Source: Deltaproteobacteria bacterium
Lineage (GTDB): Bacteria; Myxococcota_A; Polyangia; JAAYKL01
Reading direction: 5' to 3'
Assembly (NCBI GenBank): GCA_011389755.1
Contig: JAABTR010000095.1
Location: forward strand, 1-21,678
DNA length: 21,678 bases
In this document: one piece after another, positions 7,601 to 13,600 of the stretch
Numbering within the stretch: position 1 is the stretch's first letter
How the letters are laid out: each line of letters begins with the position of its first letter
The notes under the pieces: generated by a model
Seen by the model: only the letters and a program-made list of their open reading frames with translations
Database searches by the model: none
Told to the model about the DNA's origin: nothing
Program-made: the position numbers and the translations under genes

Positions 7601-10600
7601 GAGCGCCGGGGGAGACACCTGGCAGTCGGTGGTGCACGTCGAGGGACGGCTGGCGACCGGAGACTGGCAGCAGTGGCGCACCGATCCGGTGAGCGCCCGG
7701 TATCTTCGATTTCACGCCAAAAAGCGTGGAATCGGTGGGTGTTATGGAGACTACGGCTGTGTCCTCAAGATCCCGGTCGTCCTCTCCGAGATCGAGAGTT
7801 ACGCACTGACAGGGGAACTGAGCGCCGATCTCATGTGGGTGGCGCCCGGCGACGACGGCTTCGAAGGGACCGCGGCGCGCTACGACGTTCGGCGGTCTTT
7901 GCAGCCGCTGAGCGAAGCTTCGTTCGGCGGCGCCGAGCAGCTTTTGAGCCCGGCCCCGGGTCCGGCCGGGACCATCGAGATGGTGGGCGCGGGGCCGCTC
8001 GAGTGGGAGCGCGAGTACTGGTTCGCGGTCAAGGCCATCGACGCGGCGGGAAATGTCGGCGAGCTGTCCAACCTGGCCCGCGTCGAGACCCCGGGCATGC
8101 CGCCCGCGCCCATCAGCGATCTGACAGCTTCGAATCCGACGCGCACGAGCATCGATCTCAATTGGACCTCCACGGGCGATGACGGGTACGAAGGGCGAGC
8201 GTCCGCGTACGAGATCCGCTACCACACCGCGCCTGTGGACGCGCAAAACTGGCAGGCGGCCTCGGTGGTGGTCGGTGTGCCCGAGCCGGCGCCATCCGGA
8301 CAGGCCGAGCGATTCGTCGTCGATGGCCTCGAGCACAGCACGCGGTACTACTTTGCCGTCAAAGTCGCCGACGACGTGGGGCACGAGTCGTTATTGTCGA
8401 ACGTCGCCACAGCCTCTACCATCGACGGTGTGCCTCCACGGGCAGTGGAAGATCTGACAGCGGTTGGGGTGGACGACTCGGGCAGCAGGCCGCTTTTTGC
8501 CTCGGCTCTGGAAGCGAGCAGCGCCTACTCCTTTGCCATGGACGCCGAGAACCTCGTGGACGGCGATCCCCACACCGTCTGGCTCACCGAAGGGACCGCG
8601 GACGGCGGGCCCGAGTGGGTGATCCTGGGCCTCGACGAGGTCCGGTCGGTGACCGCGATCCGGCTCACGCCGGCAAATGGGTACCTCGATCTGTTCCCCA
8701 AAGCCTTCACCGTAGAGGTGCGCGATAGCGCAGACGCAGATTGGCGAACGGTGATGGAAGAAGGTGAGATGGAAATCAGCAGCGCCCCCGAAGAGTGGGC
8801 CATCGGCACCAACGACGTATTACAGGTGCGCCTTACGGCCACCGAGCTTGGGACCTGGAGCGGCGAAAGTTTTGCGGCCTTGTCCGAGATCGAGCTCATC
8901 GGCGACGCCGGGGGGACGTCGTCCATCGAGCTGTCCTGGACGGCCCCCGAAGACTTAGGAAGTGAAAGCGGCAAGGCGAGCGACTACGATATCCGCTCTG
9001 CGACGACGACGATCGTGACAGAATCCGATTTTGGCGCCGCCACAGGCATGCCGGCTCCGGTGCCCGCCCCCGCGGGAATCTTGGAAAGACTCGTCGTTCC
9101 AGGTCTGGAACCCGAAACCACCCGCTGTTTTGTTCTCAAATCCGAAGACGCGGCGGGCAACCGTTCGGGGTTGTCCAACTCGCCGTGCGCGACGGTCCCC
9201 GGTGCTTCGCCGGACGCCGTGGCGGATCTTCAAGCCACGGATGCCGCTGCCAATAGCGTTGCGCTCTCGTGGACCGCGCCGGACGACAACGGATCCGACG
9301 GGTTCTTGGACCGCTATGAGATCCGCTTCGCGACGTTCCGCATTCACTCGGAAAGTTGGGCCGACGCCGCGGTCGTGGCGGAGCCTCCCATTCCCGCCCA
9401 TGCGGGGACGACGCAGTCGTTTGTCGTCGAAGGGCTGACAGGCGACACCCTCTACCACTTCGCCCTCGTCGGCTTCGACGCGGCGGGGCGAGGAAGCGCC
9501 GTCTCCAACAACGCGGTGGCTAAAACCCTCGACGGCACGCCGCCAGGGGCGGTGGGTGACCTTGCGGCGGACGCGGTCGCGCCGTCCGCAGACAAAGTCG
9601 CCTCGGCGAAGGTGACCGCCGGCTCGAGCCGGTACTCCCTTGAGACGAGCCCTGACAAGGCCGGAGACGGCGACGCGGGGACTTTTTGGCTCAGCGAGGG
9701 GACGTCGGAGCCGACCACCCAGAGCTTGGAGATCGCGCTGGACGAGCCCAAGGCGGTGGGGCGCGTGGAGCTCTTGGGCGCTCCGGGGTACCTGGATCTC
9801 TTCCCCGTGGATTTTAGTATCGAGGTGCGGGCCTCGGCGTCGGACAGCTGGCGCACGGCTGTCAAAGAGACCGGGTTCGCGACCGATGGAGGGGCCGAGG
9901 AGTGGCTTTTGGGATCCCTTCAGGTGGCCCAGGCCCGTTTGGTGGTGACCGGCAGCGCTTCGTGGAACCAGAAGCACTACGCCGCGCTATCTGAGATCGT
10001 TTTCTATGAAGACACCACCGATCGCACGGCCATCCGGCTCTCGTGGACCGCGCCGGGCGACGACGCCGACCAGGGGATCGTGGCGCGTTACGATATGAGA
10101 GCTGCTGATGCGCTCATCGAGACCGAGCAGGACTACGCCGGCGCAACAAAGGTGGCGCTCCTTGATGACCCGAGGACTGCGGGATCCCTGGAGCGGGCCG
10201 AGGTGGCCGGGCTCGAGCCCGAGACCAGCTACTGCTTCGCCCTGACCGCGTGGGACGACTCCGATAACCGCTCGCCGCTCTCCAACTCCGCCTGCGCGAC
10301 CACCGCGGGCGTGCCCCCGGCGGCCGTGGTGGATCTCGCCGCGGTCTCGGCGGGCAGCGGCGCGGTGGAGCTCACCTGGACCGCGCCGGGCGCCGACGCC
10401 AATGTGGGCACCGCGGCACAGTACGAGCTGCGCTACGCACCGGAGCGGATCACCTCCCAGAGCTGGGATGAGGCTGCGGTGGTGGAGATCCATATCGCGC
10501 CGAAAGCGGCGGGGAGCGCCGAGTCTTTCCTCATCGAAGGGCTCGAAGGGGCCAGCGAGTACTTCTTCGTGATACGCGCTCTCGACGATGCGGGGAATGC

Positions 10601-13600
10601 GGGCGGCTTGTCCAACAACGCCTCGGTGACCACGGACGACGACGTGGATCCCTCCTCTATAAACGACCTGGCTGCGGCGACGAACGCCGCGGGGTGGGGG
10701 CTTCTGAGCCTCTCGTGGACCGCGCCGGGGGACGATGGGCTGGAAGGCACCGCCGACCACTACGAGCTGCGCTGGTCCGATTCTTCCATCGACGCGAACA
10801 ACTTCGGGTCGGCGAACGCGGCGATCGCGCCCGCGCCGCTGCCCGCCGGGAGCACCCACAACTTCACGTTGTCTGACTTGCCCCCCGAGCGAGAGATCTA
10901 CGTGGCGATGCGGGCCTTTGACGACGCCGGCAACGGCTCGATCCTCTCAAACGTCGCCTCGGCGCGGACCCGGGACGAGGCTCCCGGCCGGATCGCCGAC
11001 CTCCGCGTGAGCGAGGCACAGGCAGAAGAAGACGGTTCGGTGACCGTGACCTTGTCGTGGACCGCGCCCGGTGACGACGCCGGTGTGGGGACCGCCGCGG
11101 CGTACGACATTCGGTACAGCGACGGCCCCTTGGGGGACTCGAGCTTCGGATCCGCCGCGCAGGTTCAAAATACACCGGCGCCCGGCCCGGCGGGCACGGC
11201 CCACGCGGTCTCCATCGCCGGACTCGCGGGCGGCAAAATCTACCGCTTCGCCATGAAGACGGTGGATGAAAGACAAAACTGGTCGGCCTTGTCCAACGTG
11301 GTGCAAGGCACGACCCCGGACGAGGTGGCGCCCGCCGCGGTGAGCGATCTCTTCGCCGTCACCGGGACCTCGCGGGGCACGGTCACTTTGACGTGGACCT
11401 CAACGGGCGATGACGGGACCGAGGGATCGGCCGCCGGGTACGAGCTGCGGTACTCGGATAGGGCCATCGACGCGAATAACTTCGAGCAGGCCACCCGCGC
11501 CGCCTACCAGCCGGGGGGAGGGCCTGCCGGGATCGATCGGAGCTTCACGGCTCAGGCGCTGCCCGACGAGACGCTCTTGTACTTCGCCATGAAGGCTTTT
11601 GACGACTCGGGGAACGTCTCCGGGCTGTCGAACGCGGTCTCCGCCCGCACCCCGGATGTTTTGCCCATCAAGATATCGAACCTCGCGGTGACCGAGCGGC
11701 GCCTGACCGGGCTGACGGTCTCTTTCACCGCCCCGGGCGACGACGCCACGAGCGGGGTGACCGAGCAGTACGATCTCAGAGTCAGCACCAGCGGGATTAC
11801 CACGGACACCTTTGCCCAGGCGACCCGAGTGGACACACCGATCCCGCAGCACGCCGGGACCACCGAGAGCATCGCCATCGACGGGCTCGAAGGCAACACG
11901 ACGTACTACGTGGCGATCAAGGCGATGGACGATCGCGGCAACTGGTCGGCGCTCTCGAACGTGCTCGTCGCGGCGACCCGGGACGCTCTGGCGCCGGGGC
12001 AGATCGAGGATCTGGCGGCGACCACGGCCGGGACCGACGGGGCGATCGATCTGACCTGGCACGCCCCTGGTGACGACGGGGACGTGGGACGAGCCGAGGC
12101 CTATGAGCTGCGCCGAGCGCTCGGCCCCATCGACGCGTCGAACTGGAGCTCGGCCACGGTGGTGACAGGATTGCCCCGGCCCGGGAGCGCGGGAGCCGCC
12201 GAGAGGTGGACGGTGTTCGCCCTCCAGGGCGAGACGCGCCACTACTTTGCCATCAAGGCGATCGACGCCGACGGCAACGAAGGAGCACTATCTCCTCCGG
12301 CCTCGGCCGAGACCCGGCCCGTGCCGCCGGCCCCGGTGGGCGACCTGCTGGCGCGGGCGGCGTCCCAGGCTGTGGTGCTCGAGTGGACCGCGCCCGGGGA
12401 CGACGGAAACGAAGGGATAGCGTCTCGTTACGAGATCCGCTATTCGACCGTGGCGATAGACAAGTACAACTTCCACGCGGCGACCGCCATCGGGAACCCG
12501 CCGTCGCCCCTGCGCGCCGGGTCGGCCCAGAGCGTGACCGTGACCGGGCTGGCCGAGTCCACCCGCTACTGGTTCGCCCTCAAGGCGACGGACGACAAGG
12601 GTGCGACGAGCACCATCTCCAACATCGCCACCGTGGTGACCCTCGACGAGACGGGTCCGGCCGCGGTCTCGGCCCTGTCGGTGGACTGTCCGCCCATCGG
12701 CGGGGGATCTTTGCCGCTGGTCGCCGCCGAGGTCAGCTCCGAGCTGTCCGAGTCGGTGGGCGCGCGCAGCGCCATCGATGGCCGCTTCGATACCGCGTGG
12801 GTCTCCGATGCGGCCGAAGAGGCGACAGCCGAGAGCCTCCTTGTGGATCTGGGGACGTCACGCAGTGTGGACGCCGTGCGGCTGCTCCCCCATGAAGGAT
12901 ACCTGGAGCTGTTTCCCCGGACGTTCACCATGGAGGCGAGCCTCGACCGGGCGAACTGGACCCCGGTGCACACCGTGGACTGGTTCGAGGCCGCCATGAC
13001 CGGCTGGCACACCTGGGGCTTCGCTCCGGTGCCGGCACGGTTCATCCGGCTGCTCACCGACGACGCGCCCGCGAGCTACTTCGGTCTGCACTACACGGTG
13101 CTCGCCGAGCTGCGGGTGGTGGAGGCTCGGGCGCTGGACGGTCGGGCCAAGCTCACCTGGTTCGCGCCGGGCGACGACGGGAACGCGGGCACCGCAAAAT
13201 ACTACGAGGTCTTCGTGCACACAGGCCCCTTCGGCGAAGAAAACCTGGGCGAGGTGGAGCTCGTGTCCGGAGCGCCGATTCCCCAGGTGGCCGGCACCCT
13301 CCAGTCCATGTGGGTGGGCGAGCTCGACGGCGAGCGGGACTACTACTGGGCGTTGCGCGCAGTGGACGAGGTGGGCAACGTCGGAGCGCTGTCCCAGGTG
13401 GCGGTGGCGCGCACCCAGGACATTCCTCCGGCCCGGGTCGGAGATCTCGAGGCGATCGACGCGGGGCAGACCGAGCTCACCTTGGTGTGGACCGCGCCGG
13501 GGGACGACGGGCACCGCGGCACCGCCGCCGAGTACGAGATTCGCTTTGACACGAGGCAGTTCACCACAGAGGGCTTCCCCCTGGCCGATCTCGTCTCTTC

